Shown: positions 62,296 through 64,000 of the stretch, piece by piece
Layout of the letters: each line of letters opens with the position of its first letter
Numbering within the stretch: the stretch's first letter is position 1
DNA from: Callorhinchus milii
Lineage: Eukaryota
Reading direction: 5' to 3'
DNA length: 64,000 nt
Assembly: GCF_018977255.1 (NCBI RefSeq)
Contig: NW_024704757.1
Span: 6,262,001 to 6,326,000 of the forward strand
Position numbers and translations under genes: made by a program
The notes under the pieces: model-generated
Database searches by the model: none
Told to the model about the DNA's origin: nothing
Seen by the model: the letters and a program-made list of their open reading frames with translations, nothing else

Positions 62296-62676
62296 CAACA
62301 ACAACAACAACAAGATTTCATTCATAGAGCGCCTTTCACGTCGGGAGGACGTCGCAAGGCACTGGACAGTTGGGTCAGGACCCAAGCAGGGGGGAAATGG
62401 TCAGGGTGAGGGGAGGGAAGGGAGGGAGCGAGGAGGGGGTAGAGAGTCGAGAGGGGAGCTGAAGGCACGGTCAAAGAGAAAGATCTTGAGACCGGCCTTG
62501 AAGGAGGAAAGGGAGGAAGCAAGATGAAGGCACTGGGGGATGGAGTTCCAGAGCCTAGGGTCTGAGAGGCTGAAGGCCCGGCCACCGATGGTAGGGCGGT
62601 TGGGACGGGGGATGTCGAGCAGACCGGAGCCAGAGGAACGGAGGGTACGGGCAGGTAAGTAGGGGGATAGTAGGTC
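62296..62676 (-). mobile_element. Young L2 3' fragment, inverted relative to 61201-61580
   Basis: By-eye alignment gives roughly 90-93% identity over ~380 bp. Confidence 0.95.
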
Positions 62677-64000
62677 TATGCTCTATCTAGAGTTTCACTG
62701 CTAATCCTGTACACTGTATCTCCAGCTCAGCACAGTATCTCTATCTTACTTCTCTCCTCGTCAGGGTTGCCCCTTGGGTACTTGTGTATGCATGAACCTG
62801 TCACCCCTGATCACCCAACCAGATGCACACTATCCTTTCGCAATGCCTGTCTGCACTTAACATTGTGAAGTTAGATTAACTCATTCGCTGCCCACCTGGA
62901 GAATTAAAAGGATCGATTACAAAACATATTACACTAAAATCAGATGTATTGAATGCATCATTCATGAATCAAACACAAAAGCAAGTCATGCTACCACATT
63001 TAAAAACACGAGAGAAGCGGTTTGGGTCTCCAGAATGAAAGTCCCGATTATTCCTCCACTTAGCTGTATGCTTTAATTATTTGACTCCAGAGCCTGAAGA
63101 AATGTTAACGTGATGTATCAGAGTTGTAAAATACAGGTGAAAGTTTCTCAATGGAATGAATTCTTCAATTCAATTGCGCCACGAAGGAAGTTGCGGAACC
63201 AAAATGCTTATCCTTGGGGTGATGGTAAACAAAGGGTGTAGGGCAAACCAGGACTCTCCACTGAAGCTTTCAATAACTGATCATATGCTTCCTCACTCAG
63301 CCAGAGAATAATGAATCTATAGTAAGGCCAATGTAAAATTTACCCTCATATATACTGGATATACACAATAAAATTCAATATCCAAATTTGTGTCTTACTG
63401 CAGAATATGATAACCTACTTGCCACAATTTATTTAAACCATTCACAATATTCAGAGTATAGCAAAATAATGAAGGCAGATATGGCTATAGGGCAGTGTAT
63501 ACGTCTGGGTATTTAAAATGCTATCTGGCATATATTTTAGCATTTTTTTCTGGAATCCTTTTACGAACATTCACCAGAGCTCCTTAACAAAAATGTCCCG
63601 AAACCGATATGTCCAGAAATAAATTTGCTTGCCAATAAATAGCCTAGAACTGAGTTCATCACCAGAATGAAGAAAGCAAACTGTGGTGTTGTGAAACTAT
63701 TCACGCAAGAAAGAGTGATGGTAGAAGGTCCAGGTGACGGAGAGACACACCAATGGTTAGTGGAAAGCAGATATGAGCCTCAGAATAAACCATGCAGTTA
63801 CTTTGCAACCAATCGTGCTTGCTATTTAGCTTCAAAGTGCTTTCCTATAGGTGGCTTGCCCTTTTACTGCAGTAATTGGAACTCGAAATTTGATTGATGG
63901 CTCAATGGTGCATGTGAATTGGTTATTCGTACTTCACACCATCAATCACAACCTTTCTGCCACTGCTCATCGGAGTCTTAAAGAACAGGAGAGCTGTCTG

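Noticed and set aside
49100-64000. Preceding short MAD1L1 exon (AQLSQALEELGGQKQRADM-like), including the QRLHSQALDLLLR stretch near 51555-51600
   Set aside because: The similarity is superficial and there is no suitable acceptor or phase. No convincing exon was seen.

Overview
This is eukaryotic, intron-dominated vertebrate DNA. The repeat content points to a cartilaginous fish, probably a chimaera/holocephalan (inference). The whole window appears to lie inside one minus-strand gene, MAD1L1 (spindle checkpoint protein MAD1). Three coding exons are visible with canonical AG/GT boundaries and consistent phases: 49007-49095 (89 nt), 42479-42569 (91 nt) and 26198-26402 (205 nt, carrying the MAD2-interaction motif KTKVLHMSMNP). 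The rest is intron filled with retroelements: a young tRNA-Ala-headed SINE with (ATT)n tails, older SacSINE1-like DeuSINEs, 5'-truncated L2 LINEs with (TTG)n tails that share their 3' end with the SINE, and CR1 fragments including one ~1.6 kb broken RT. There is also a hAT-like MITE, a Penelope-type remnant with a decayed hammerhead core, and an unclassified dispersed repeat. Almost all ORFs in the track are chance ORFs or repeat pieces. I found no convincing new multi-gene system. The best leads are RNA-structure and repeat-biology observations, and most are inferential.
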